Source: an uncultured Clostridia bacterium
Lineage (GTDB): Bacteria; Bacillota; Clostridia; Christensenellales; UBA1242
Assembly: GCA_934757825.1 (NCBI GenBank)
Contig: CAKVLP010000001.1
Coordinates: forward strand, 622,869-686,868
Direction of reading: 5' to 3'
DNA length: 64,000 nt
A program made the translations under genes and the position numbers. The notes beneath the pieces were generated by a model that was not told the origin of the DNA, ran no database searches, and was given only the letters and a program-made list of their open reading frames with translations. Below, in pieces: positions 53,652 to 62,027 of this stretch. The first letter of the stretch is position 1, and each line of letters starts with the position of its first letter.

Positions 53652-53707
53652 TTTGACAATACTAGCGTTTAATTGATATCATTTTAATGATTTTAGGAGA
53701 TATGTGT

Positions 53708-54148
53708 ATGAAAACTAAACAACTTGTTCTAAAAATTGTGGCGTGCGTGCTTAGCGCGTTGTTTATATTGCCTTTGTTTTTGAACTTCTTAGGTTATAGG
53801 GTGGGCGATGTGCGAAACGCTTACAGTTATTCCGCATTCAATGGGGTTACTGACCCGCTTGTAGTTATCGCACGTGTTTTGTATATCATTAGTTTGGTTT
53901 TGGCTATAATTATGTTGGTTTCTATCGTGTTGCAGTTCTTCTTTAAACACGAACTTATCAATTGGTTTGTAATCGGCTCGGCAGTGCTTGTGATTATCTG
54001 TGCTTCTTTGAGTTTTATCTCGGCACTTCTTTACTGCGTTAGCATTTCCAATTCCAACATTATTTGGTATCCATCTTTTGGTTGTTATGTTATCTTGGCT
54101 TTGGGACTTGTTACACCAGTGCTTGCCTTGTTTAGCAACCGTAAATAA
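53708..54148 (+). CDS. hypothetical 4-TM membrane protein (same architecture as the preceding gene)
   Basis: ATG at 53708 lies 8 nt after AGGAG. Four hydrophobic segments of similar size and spacing to the 53157 gene. Confidence 0.55.
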   Translation: MKTKQLVLKIVACVLSALFILPLFLNFLGYRVGDVRNAYSYSAFNGVTDPLVVIARVLYIISLVLAIIMLVSIVLQFFFKHELINWFVIGSAVLVIICASLSFISALLYCVSISNSNIIWYPSFGCYVILALGLVTPVLALFSNRK

Positions 54149-54170
54149 TTAGGTCAATATAAAAAGCACC

Positions 54171-54200
54171 GCGTTTTGCGGTGCTTTTTTGTAGCCAAAA
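54171..54200. terminator. bidirectional rho-independent terminator
   Basis: GCACCGC-GTTTT-GCGGTGC flanked by an A-run and a T-run, between convergent genes. Confidence 0.85.
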
Positions 54201-54225
54201 TTTATGTTGATTACGCTTAAAAGCG

Positions 54226-54876
54226 CTAATTCACAACAGGGTTTTGCATTGGATAAAGCGGTAAATCGAAGAATCCACTGCAAACGTCTTGGGTAAATTC
54301 TTGGCAAGGCGGAATTTTAACATAGCCATAACTAGGCACTAAAATGTCCGCATCAACAACAACTTTTGTGATAATTGCTATGCAACAGTCGATAGTGAAA
54401 GTATCAGGACCCACATATTCGCCGTCAATGCCCATACAGGTAGCAAACGCTTCAATTCTGAAAGGAACGATTGAAGGTTGTGGAACATATAACACAACGT
54501 CTTGATTAACAATAATTGTGCTACGAGCAGTGCCGGTAACGTTGTTTGCGTCGGTGTAGGTTATGATAACTGGTATAACCACATCGCCCGTAACTCTTGC
54601 AAAACAAGGTCTGTCGTCAAAACGGTCAACGGTAAGGTTGTTGATAGTAACGTCCCCGCCCACGCATTGCGCACTAACAAAAGCTAGTGGAAGGGTAGGA
54701 TTTGCTGGGTTGTAACCGGTTGTTGTGATAGTAAGATCGGTTTCCTGAATCTGTCGCATGCAGGCGTCAAAGATTTTAGTGGTATGTATTGCTGTTTTTT
54801 CGCACAAGCCAGTTAAAGGATTGCCTGTAAGTGGACCAGGAAAACAATTTTGTCGTACTCCCGAATAAAATGACAT
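54226..54876 (-). CDS. cysteine-rich, beta-rich hypothetical protein (216 aa)
   Basis: Strong RBS (AAGGAGG). Visibly more G+C-rich than its neighbours. 10 Cys, including a CC pair (TIDCCIAII). No signal peptide. Confidence 0.65.
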   Translation of the reverse strand: MSFYSGVRQNCFPGPLTGNPLTGLCEKTAIHTTKIFDACMRQIQETDLTITTTGYNPANPTLPLAFVSAQCVGGDVTINNLTVDRFDDRPCFARVTGDVVIPVIITYTDANNVTGTARSTIIVNQDVVLYVPQPSIVPFRIEAFATCMGIDGEYVGPDTFTIDCCIAIITKVVVDADILVPSYGYVKIPPCQEFTQDVCSGFFDLPLYPMQNPVVN

Positions 54877-55090
54877 AATCCTCTTGACCTCCTTTATTTA
54901 ATAAGCCTGTATACTTTATACTATGCACATCGCCTTGAAATTGTTTCACTAAAACTGCATTTGAGGACTAAGTGAAATTGTTGTCGTGGGCTTAATATGG
55001 GGCTCACTCAGTAAGTAGTCAACATTAAACAAAATGTTTGTTTTTTGCCTCGCCCTTGTGGTATACTAGGGCATAAGGAGAAATTGACAG

Positions 55091-55786
55091 TTGAAAGTTT
55101 TTAGTATAAGCGACTTGCATCTTAGCATCAATAGCAACAAGCCTATGGATATTTTTGGGCCAGTTTGGGAAAATTACTTGCAAGATATCGAGTCGAGTTG
55201 GAACTCGCTCGTAACCGACGACGACATTGTGCTAATCCCTGGCGACATCTCGTGGGCAATGTACTTAGAAGATGCGATTGCGGACTTAAAATATATATCG
55301 CAGTTTAAGGGGAAAAAGGTTTTGTTGCGTGGCAATCACGATTACTGGTGGAAGAGCATATCCGACCTTAGAGCGCACTTGCCCGAAGGAATGTACGCCA
55401 TTCAAAACGACGCGATCAAGTTTGGAAACGTGATTATTTGCGGTTCTAGGGGCTGGGTAGTGCCCGAAATAAGCCACAAAACCCCAGAAGACGAGAAAAT
55501 ATACAAGCGCGAAGTTATTCGCCTAGAACTAAGCCTAAAAGAAGCGGTTAATATGCGACAGGACGGCGATATAATCATCTGCCTTACACATTATCCGCCA
55601 TTCAATAGTCGCCACGAGGATAGCGACTTCACGCGCCTTATGGAAAAATACGGCGTAAATAAGGCGGTTTTTGGACATTTGCATAGTTACGACAAACGCC
55701 AAAGCCTCACATATCACAAAAATGGCATCGACTACTTCCTTACAAGTTGCGACCTAGTGGGAAACAAACTTGTGGAAATTTTGTAA
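55091..55786 (+). CDS. calcineurin-like metallophosphoesterase
   Basis: A TTG start is required to keep motif I SISDLH. Then GDISW, GNHDYWW, and GHLH. Confidence 0.8.
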   Translation: MKVFSISDLHLSINSNKPMDIFGPVWENYLQDIESSWNSLVTDDDIVLIPGDISWAMYLEDAIADLKYISQFKGKKVLLRGNHDYWWKSISDLRAHLPEGMYAIQNDAIKFGNVIICGSRGWVVPEISHKTPEDEKIYKREVIRLELSLKEAVNMRQDGDIIICLTHYPPFNSRHEDSDFTRLMEKYGVNKAVFGHLHSYDKRQSLTYHKNGIDYFLTSCDLVGNKLVEIL

Positions 55787-55879
55787 CACCTAAATTTAAA
55801 AATCGGACGGATTTTATTTTACTTTGTTTTGAATATTTAGTAATATTATAAGTACAAGGAGTAGGGTCTAAAAGGTAAA

Positions 55880-56617
55880 ATGCAAGAAAATGGAAAACCA
55901 ACTAAACAGAAAAAACGACTAAACCTAAAGTTAGTCTTGCTTTTTTCGTGCGCACTTTTGGTGTGTATGGTTATTACGTTTAGCATAACCCTTGCGTACT
56001 TCGGCGGAAGTTCCGATTCGATGAGCGCATCGCTGTACCTAAAATCGCCCCTTTACATAGACGACGACGCTACAAAAACAAACATTAGCCTCGACAAATA
56101 TATGATCCCGGGCGTCAACATTTTGCCAACATGCGAACTTTCACTTAAATCGGGTACCGAACTTACTAACTATAACCCTGAGGCTGTAACCAACGCACTT
56201 GTGAGGTTAAAGGTGGACTTCGCGGGCGATATGGCTAGTTATCTTAGCGTGGGCGTCGCTTATGCTGATGTGTATAAGACGGCTACCGCGTCTGGTATGA
56301 CCGACGCAAACAAGGTTGCGCGCCTTGTAAAACACTCCGACAATTACTGGTACGTTGTGGCGGACACTTCGGCTACTTCGGTGACCGCATCTTCGCTTAT
56401 GTACGTGGTTCCGCTTAGCACCAACTCTGGCACAGCGTCGCTAATGTTCAAACTTCAATTTAACGTCGCTACCACATTCGCAAACGACAAGGGTGGTAAA
56501 ACTGCAACCGCAACCATAGAGTTTAAGGCTATCCAAGCCGATTTCTACGAGGGTAGTAGCACACCACTAGACAAAACTATCGCAAACGCCAAAAAGATTT
56601 TCGATAGCGAAGTATAA
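55880..56617 (+). CDS. secreted TasA/camelysin-like protein, paralog 1 (SipW-class signal peptide)
   Basis: Basic N-terminus, TM, then ITLAYFGGSSDSMSASLYL (compare TasA/CalY GGTxAYFxD...GTLDL). The C-terminal IEFKAIQADFYEGSS is shared with paralog 2. Confidence 0.6.
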   Translation: MQENGKPTKQKKRLNLKLVLLFSCALLVCMVITFSITLAYFGGSSDSMSASLYLKSPLYIDDDATKTNISLDKYMIPGVNILPTCELSLKSGTELTNYNPEAVTNALVRLKVDFAGDMASYLSVGVAYADVYKTATASGMTDANKVARLVKHSDNYWYVVADTSATSVTASSLMYVVPLSTNSGTASLMFKLQFNVATTFANDKGGKTATATIEFKAIQADFYEGSSTPLDKTIANAKKIFDSEV

Positions 56618-56686
56618 GGCCTTTATATATAAATATATAAGGATAGTAAAATTTGTAGAAATTTTGAAAATTTTAGCCAAATTTGT

Positions 56687-56715
56687 TTTACAAAGTAAAT
56701 AGATTTTGGTATTAT
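56687..56715 (+). promoter_or_regulatory. promoter of paralog 2
   Basis: TTTACA, 17-nt spacer, TATTAT. It is embedded in the 16-nt block AAATTTGTTTTACAAA, which recurs upstream of paralog 3. Confidence 0.5.
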
Positions 56716-56791
56716 ACCTATGAATATAAGTACAATTACTGCTAAAACTAAATTAAGAAAAATGGGAAAAAATAGTTTTAAAGGGTGAAAA

Positions 56792-57544
56792 ATGGATAAA
56801 AAGAAACAAAAGAAAAGGAAAAAACGCATTATAAGCGTTGCAGTTATCGCAACAGCATTTTTGCTATGCATTATGGCTACCTTTGGTGTAACAATGGCAT
56901 ACTTTGGTGGTAAGTCGAGAGAGGATAGTGCTACTATGACACTTAAAACCGCTCTTTGGGTTAACTCAAAAGGTTTGACAAGTTTCAGTGGAAAGTACGT
57001 TTCTCCTAGCCAAGCACTTACTCAGTCTTGTGAAGTTTCGGTTAAATCTTCCAATCAGTCAACAGGTACGGCCGTTACAGGTAATCCCGCATCAGACGCT
57101 TTACTAAGAGCAACCATTACTTGGAATCTTGGCGGAATCGCTGCTACTGGTTCTAGTACGGTTACTTCATTTGATGTTACAGTTGGTTCAACTGCTGCCG
57201 CTGCTAAACTTATGAAATGGACTTCTGGCACAGATGCAGATAACAACTGGTATTTGGTAGATAAATCTACTACAACTATGTCTGGCGATGCTACTATGTA
57301 CACTATTAAGACATCTACTGCTGAACAAACATTAAAATATAACCTAACATTGACTGTCCCATCTAGTATTGACAACGACGATGTTAAAGGTAGTGCAACA
57401 TCTAAGGAAATTAAAGTTACTATTCAATATAGTGTAGTTCAAGCAGACTTCTACAATGGTGGTACTTCTGCTGTTGCAAAAACAGTTAAAAATGCAAAAG
57501 GAATCTTTGATGCAACAACCGGAGATGCTGCTTACGGAAATTAA
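56792..57544 (+). CDS. secreted TasA/camelysin-like protein, paralog 2
   Basis: KKKQKKRKKR, TM, VTMAYFGGKSREDSATMTL. C-terminal IQYSVVQADFYNGGT. Thr/Ser/Ala-rich body. Confidence 0.6.
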   Translation: MDKKKQKKRKKRIISVAVIATAFLLCIMATFGVTMAYFGGKSREDSATMTLKTALWVNSKGLTSFSGKYVSPSQALTQSCEVSVKSSNQSTGTAVTGNPASDALLRATITWNLGGIAATGSSTVTSFDVTVGSTAAAAKLMKWTSGTDADNNWYLVDKSTTTMSGDATMYTIKTSTAEQTLKYNLTLTVPSSIDNDDVKGSATSKEIKVTIQYSVVQADFYNGGTSAVAKTVKNAKGIFDATTGDAAYGN

Positions 57545-57554
57545 AATACAAATT

Positions 57555-57588
57555 AAAAATCACTTGGGTATTTCAAGTGATTTTTTTG
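57555..57588 (+). terminator. rho-independent terminator after paralog 2
   Basis: ATCACTTG-GGTATTT-CAAGTGAT plus T7. Confidence 0.8.
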
Positions 57589-57760
57589 TGTAATATTTTC
57601 GTGTAATATAATTCCCCAAAAAATTACATAATTCGTATAAGAGTGGGCAAAATAGTAGTGTAAACATAGGAAAAACGAGACCAACATTCGACCAAATTAT
57701 ATATATATTTCTATATATATAAAGTTTTCTACAAATTTTCTAAAAATGTGCTAAATTTGT

Positions 57761-57789
57761 TTTACAAACCTCGTTTTTTTCTATATAAT
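57761..57789 (+). promoter_or_regulatory. promoter of paralog 3 (left side of the inverted-repeat cassette)
   Basis: TTTACA (57761-57766), 17-nt spacer, TATAAT (57784-57789), 4 nt before the left repeat arm. Confidence 0.55.
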
Positions 57790-57793
57790 ACAA

Positions 57794-57947
57794 GTATAAA
57801 AACCATATAAAAAATAAAAAAAGGAGAATAAAATGGAAAATAAAAAGAACAAAAAGAAATTGTTCGCTATCATCGGCGCCTCAGCACTTGCTTTCATCCT
57901 TACTATCGCTCTTAGCGTTAGCATCACCCTTGCTTACTTCGGTGGTA
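57794..57947 (+). repeat. left arm of a perfect 154-bp inverted repeat (5' UTR + RBS + 38 codons)
   Basis: Checked base by base: 57794-57947 equals the reverse complement of 59328-59481. Confidence 0.95.
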
Positions 57948-58459
57948 CAAAAGAAGGATCTGCTACAGTAACTATGGATGCAGCAGTAACAGTTGATACT
58001 GCAACAGTTACAACAACACAAGTTAAAAAAGCATTACCAGGACAAAAAATTGATTTTACTGGTACCGCTACAGTTGCTTGTGGTGAAAATGGTGCGTTCC
58101 TTGCAGCAAAAATTGATACAGTGGCTGTAGATGAAACAACAGCAAAAATCGAAGGTGTAGATCTTACAAATGCCACATTTGCTGGTTGGAAGAAACATAC
58201 CGATGGTTACTACTATTATACAGGTGCTGCAGATGAGAATGGAACTGCTCCTAAAGCAATTGAAGCAGGCAGCCAAACTCTTGCAGGCTCTTTCGTACTA
58301 AGTGGTACAGCGCTTACAAATGCTAATGCTAATCAAGCTATCAAAATTACTGTAACGTTTGTTGCAGTGCAGGGCGTTGCATTTGATACTACTGGTAATC
58401 CAATTGCAAATCCAACATTTGACAATGTATCTGCAATGGTTACAGAAGTTACAAAATAA
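57833..58459 (+). CDS. secreted TasA/camelysin-like protein, paralog 3
   Basis: MENKKNKKKLFAIIGASALAFILTIALSVSITLAYFGGTKEGSATVTM, then LPGQKIDF. C-terminal VTFVAVQG. Confidence 0.6.
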   Translation: MENKKNKKKLFAIIGASALAFILTIALSVSITLAYFGGTKEGSATVTMDAAVTVDTATVTTTQVKKALPGQKIDFTGTATVACGENGAFLAAKIDTVAVDETTAKIEGVDLTNATFAGWKKHTDGYYYYTGAADENGTAPKAIEAGSQTLAGSFVLSGTALTNANANQAIKITVTFVAVQGVAFDTTGNPIANPTFDNVSAMVTEVTK

Positions 58460-58483
58460 TTATTTGTAATATAATTTAAAAAC

Positions 58484-58521
58484 TAAAAAAATACTAACTT
58501 ATAAATAGTTAGTATTTTTTG
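58484..58521 (+). terminator. rho-independent terminator after paralog 3
   Basis: A7-ATACTAACT-TATAAAT-AGTTAGTAT-T6. Confidence 0.8.
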
Positions 58522-58713
58522 TTTTTAAATAAATATATATTGATATTATTATATTATATATTTTTATATTATTGTTAGTATTAGTATCAAACCATAGAGA
58601 TGTGTATGTTCGAGGAGTTTATATGGTACCAGCAAAGTGCGATTTTATACTAAGTGTACTTTTAATAAAAACCGATTGTTGCCCACAAAAATCAAATAAA
58701 CAACCTTAGAGGA

Positions 58714-58751
58714 CAAAAAAATACTAGGCGAAACCCGTCTAGTATTTTTTA
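58714..58751 (-). terminator. rho-independent terminator after paralog 4
   Basis: A7-ATACTAG..GCGAAACCCG..CTAGTAT-T6. The flanks are the same as those of the paralog 3 terminator. Confidence 0.75.
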
Positions 58752-58764
58752 TTAACTTAATCTA

Positions 58765-59442
58765 TTAAGCAAATGTGCAACCAGCAACATCAGCGAAAAT
58801 TGTTTGCATAACAGTATCAGTAAATGCTAAGTCAGCCCAAGTACCTTCAACAGGACCTGTTGTACCATATTGAACTGCTACCATAATAGCGTTGATTTGT
58901 GCAGCAGCAACTGCAGTATCAGCAGCATCATTTTTCAATGTTGTAGGAACTGTATAAGTACCAGCAAGTGCAACTGTTGTACCAGCGGTTGTAGCATCAA
59001 CTTGTGTAAGTTTTGCATCTGTACCGTACACATATACTGTGTATTTTTTAGTTGTTTCACCAGTAGTGATTGATGCCGATTTAGCAGATTTTGCCCAACC
59101 TGTAAAACCTGTGATTGCAACATCAGCCTCACCGTTTTTCTCAACTAAAAGAATTACGGCTGCTTTTTGTGAAGTGCTAGATTTGATTGAACCACTAACA
59201 CCTACATTGATGGTTTGTCCTGGAAGAACATCGTCAGCTGTACCAGTCATCGAAAGTGTTGCACCCTCTGCATCAGTATTGATGAAAACACTGCCGCCAA
59301 GTGTTACTGTCGTACTACCTGTAGCTTTACCACCGAAGTAAGCAAGGGTGATGCTAACGCTAAGAGCGATAGTAAGGATGAAAGCAAGTGCTGAGGCGCC
59401 GATGATAGCGAACAATTTCTTTTTGTTCTTTTTATTTTCCAT
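58765..59442 (-). CDS. secreted TasA/camelysin-like protein, paralog 4
   Basis: The first 38 aa are identical to paralog 3 (and identical in DNA). It then diverges: KATGSTTVTL...LPGQTINV...IMVAVQYG. Confidence 0.6.
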   Translation of the reverse strand: MENKKNKKKLFAIIGASALAFILTIALSVSITLAYFGGKATGSTTVTLGGSVFINTDAEGATLSMTGTADDVLPGQTINVGVSGSIKSSTSQKAAVILLVEKNGEADVAITGFTGWAKSAKSASITTGETTKKYTVYVYGTDAKLTQVDATTAGTTVALAGTYTVPTTLKNDAADTAVAAAQINAIMVAVQYGTTGPVEGTWADLAFTDTVMQTIFADVAGCTFA

Positions 59443-59481
59443 TTTATTCTCCTTTTTTTATTTTTTATATGGTTTTTATAC
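59328..59481 (-). repeat. right arm of the perfect 154-bp inverted repeat
   Basis: Reverse complement of 57794-57947 with no mismatch. Identity stops at 57948/59327 and at 57793/59482. Confidence 0.95.
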
Positions 59482-59550
59482 ACACTCAGTTATATTAGAT
59501 TAACCTTATTCAAATTTAGCGAGTGGTTATGGTGCGAGCGGAAGTGTAAC

Positions 59551-59580
59551 AAAAAAAACCGCTAGATTTAACGGTTTTAG
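59551..59580 (-). terminator. rho-independent terminator after the 59598-60419 gene
   Basis: The minus strand has AAAACCG-TTAAATCTAG-CGGTTTT plus T-run continuation. Confidence 0.6.
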
Positions 59581-59597
59581 TAGTCTTTGAATAGTAC

Positions 59598-60419
59598 CTA
59601 TTTTATAGGGTAGTTGCAAAGGTCGGAAGTAGATACTTTTTTGTATTCTATGTGTTCGCGATAGTCTGGGGTGCGTTCGGTGTCTTTTCTATCTATTTTG
59701 ACGGTGTTAACCGATTGAATTGAGTCCATAATTTCGCTTATGCCCATATATATTCTATCGTTCTTTTTGGTGTCTGCAATACGGTTGTATTTCTCTTCGA
59801 TTTCTGCTTCTGTTTCGTCGATAAGTTGTAGAGTAGCATATTCCTCAGAAGTAGGGCGAACGTGTGCTGACAAAAAGTCTTCGTCAATTTTATTCATTCT
59901 ATCGGAATACGAAGCCACGTTGTCAATACCTTGTTTGTGGTCGGTCATAAGTGTAACCGTATCGTCTGCGATTGCTTTAAGTTCGATATCTTTTAGGGAA
60001 AACAATTTTTTCTTAGTGTTTTCAGGTAGCGTTTTAATCTGAGAAGCAAGTGTCTCGATGCCTTGTGCGATAACCTCAGGGTCGGTCTCGTCGCCTCTAA
60101 GCACAAACATTTTGTCGAATTGTTCTGGCGATAACGCGTTTTTAGCGGAGTTTTTGCGAGCATACAAAGCAAGTTTTTCTGCTAGTGTTTCGCCTTTGAT
60201 GTGTGGGGTGCTTTTAATGTGACCCATACAGTAGTGTTTAAAAACCTTATACCAGCCCATAACTGTCTCTGGGAATTTATCCATATCGTCCAAAAACTGA
60301 GGGATAACCTTAATAAGTGGACCCTTTTGTTCGGATACGACCGATGTTTTTCTAGTTGCTGTTTTACCTATATAAAACAATTTTTCGCGCAAATATGCGT
60401 CCAAAATAAAATCTGACAT
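59598..60419 (-). CDS. hypothetical soluble protein (273 aa)
   Basis: ATG at 60419 lies 6 nt after AGGAGG. Acidic and helical, with no motif recognised. Confidence 0.6.
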   Translation of the reverse strand: MSDFILDAYLREKLFYIGKTATRKTSVVSEQKGPLIKVIPQFLDDMDKFPETVMGWYKVFKHYCMGHIKSTPHIKGETLAEKLALYARKNSAKNALSPEQFDKMFVLRGDETDPEVIAQGIETLASQIKTLPENTKKKLFSLKDIELKAIADDTVTLMTDHKQGIDNVASYSDRMNKIDEDFLSAHVRPTSEEYATLQLIDETEAEIEEKYNRIADTKKNDRIYMGISEIMDSIQSVNTVKIDRKDTERTPDYREHIEYKKVSTSDLCNYPIK

Positions 60420-60622
60420 ATTTCCTCCTAATGTCTTTAACATAGTTATTATATCACAAAATTGCATAAAAATCAACATTTATCCGCTAATATTCATTAT
60501 GCGGAGGGGTGTGTATGAATTTTTATTCATAAATTTTTGAATTTTTTTATAAAAATACATTATTTTGGTTGGTTGATTTTTTAAACTATTGTATAATTAT
60601 GAGTGTACAAGGAGATGCAAGT

Positions 60623-61090
60623 ATGATTATACGTAGTGGACCGGAGCGTCACAGTTTTGACGACAGGCGCAGGCTTAGAACTCAACCTTTCAATCTTAAA
60701 ACTGATGAGAACGGCGAGAAAGGGCTTGTGGTTTTGTGTTGTGAAGACACGCTTCAAGACGGGACAAAACTTAAATACATTGAACTTTGGGACAGAGTTG
60801 ATCTTGCCGACATTATGTCGTCGAAGCAGGTTGCGGAACTTAGTTCGGTAGAGCAAAGTAAGTTGTTTGCTACGAGAGCATATGCGCGTGTCGATGTGCA
60901 AAATAGGATCCAAATCCCTCAGAGGATTGCGTCTTATATAGACGAGGAAAAAGATGTTGTGACTATGCCAATCGTTAGAAGCAACGAGGACGGCGTGGTG
61001 CGCGGGGTGGCCGTTTTCAAGGAAAAGGACTACGTAAAACACATCGATCCTAGCATTGGAAAAGCAAAGAGTAGAAATGGAAAAGCATAA
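60623..61090 (+). CDS. mraZ: transcriptional regulator MraZ (divergent)
   Basis: Directly upstream of and overlapping rsmH. The second SpoVT/AbrB-like repeat VDVQNRIQIPQRIASYI matches D-x-x-x-R-I-x-I-P. The first repeat is degenerate (FDDRRRLRTQPF). Confidence 0.6.
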   Translation: MIIRSGPERHSFDDRRRLRTQPFNLKTDENGEKGLVVLCCEDTLQDGTKLKYIELWDRVDLADIMSSKQVAELSSVEQSKLFATRAYARVDVQNRIQIPQRIASYIDEEKDVVTMPIVRSNEDGVVRGVAVFKEKDYVKHIDPSIGKAKSRNGKA

Positions 61091-62012
61091 TATATTTAGC
61101 CACGTTCCTGTTTTGCTGGACGAGTGCATTGACGGGCTTAACATAAAACCTAACGGGATTTATGTTGACGGCACTTTGGGTGGTGCCGGACACAGCAGTG
61201 TTATCGCCAGCAAAATAAAGGGTGGCAAACTGATTGGAATCGACAAAGATGAAGATGCGCTTTCGTCTAGCAAAGAGCGACTTCAAAAATACGATTTTGT
61301 GACTTTTGTAAAGAGCGATTTTAAGAATTTTAGGAAAATACTAGACGACCTTAAAATTGACAAGGTTGACGGGATTTTGCTTGATTTGGGCGTGAGCAGT
61401 TATCAAATTGACACGGCGGAAAGGGGATTTTCCTTTAAGCACGCTGGCCCGCTTGATATGCGAATGGACAAATCGCAGGATTTTAGCGCATTTGATGTAG
61501 TTAATGAGTATTCCGAAGAGAGGTTAGCAAAAGTAATTTTTGAGTACGGCGAAGAGAAGTTTTCGCGTGCGATTGCGCGAAACATCGTGAAAGAGCGCGC
61601 GCTTAAACCGATTGAAACCACCGAAGAACTTAATGCGATTGTGGAAAAGACTATTCCGCGAAAACTTTGGGGAAGCGGGGCGAGCAAAAAGACTTTTCAA
61701 GCGATCCGTATCGAAGTTAACGGCGAACTTAGCGGGCTAGAACAAGTTATACGCGATATGATAGAGAGTCTAAACAGTGGCGGGCGACTTGCGATAATAA
61801 CATTCCATTCGCTGGAAGACCGTATTGTAAAAAACGTTTTCAAGGAATATTCGACCGATTGTCTATGTGACAAGCACCTGCCTACGTGCATTTGTGGGCA
61901 CAAAGCGACTGTGCGACTTGTTAATAAAAAACCGATTTTGGCAAGCGACGAGGAGCAAGAGCGAAATTCGCGAAGCAGTTGCGCAAAACTAAGGATAATA
62001 GAAAAACTATAA
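61077..62012 (+). CDS. rsmH: 16S rRNA (cytosine1402-N4)-methyltransferase
   Basis: HVPVLLDE, DGTLGGAGHS, DLGVSSYQID, FSF...GPLDMRM, and ITFHSLEDRIVK. Confidence 0.95.
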   Translation: MEKHNIFSHVPVLLDECIDGLNIKPNGIYVDGTLGGAGHSSVIASKIKGGKLIGIDKDEDALSSSKERLQKYDFVTFVKSDFKNFRKILDDLKIDKVDGILLDLGVSSYQIDTAERGFSFKHAGPLDMRMDKSQDFSAFDVVNEYSEERLAKVIFEYGEEKFSRAIARNIVKERALKPIETTEELNAIVEKTIPRKLWGSGASKKTFQAIRIEVNGELSGLEQVIRDMIESLNSGGRLAIITFHSLEDRIVKNVFKEYSTDCLCDKHLPTCICGHKATVRLVNKKPILASDEEQERNSRSSCAKLRIIEKL

Positions 62013-62027
62013 AAGGAGATGAGGATT

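Noticed and set aside
56623-56871. 82-aa minus-strand ORF
   Set aside because: It spans the promoter region and 5' end of TasA-like paralog 2. It is an antisense artefact of an AT-rich region.
58522-58713. AT-rich low-complexity stretch with short TATTA/ATATA repeats between the two convergent terminators; considered as a CRISPR-like or tandem-repeat array
   Set aside because: There are no regularly spaced direct repeats of 20 nt or more and no spacer periodicity. It is just AT-rich intergenic DNA. The only ORF is 16 codons.
59598-60479. Gene next to the inverted-repeat cassette, considered as the missing invertase
   Set aside because: It has no tyrosine-recombinase R..H..R..Y pattern, no serine-recombinase N-terminal Ser motif, and no HTH. 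It is acidic and helical, so a recombinase role is not supported.
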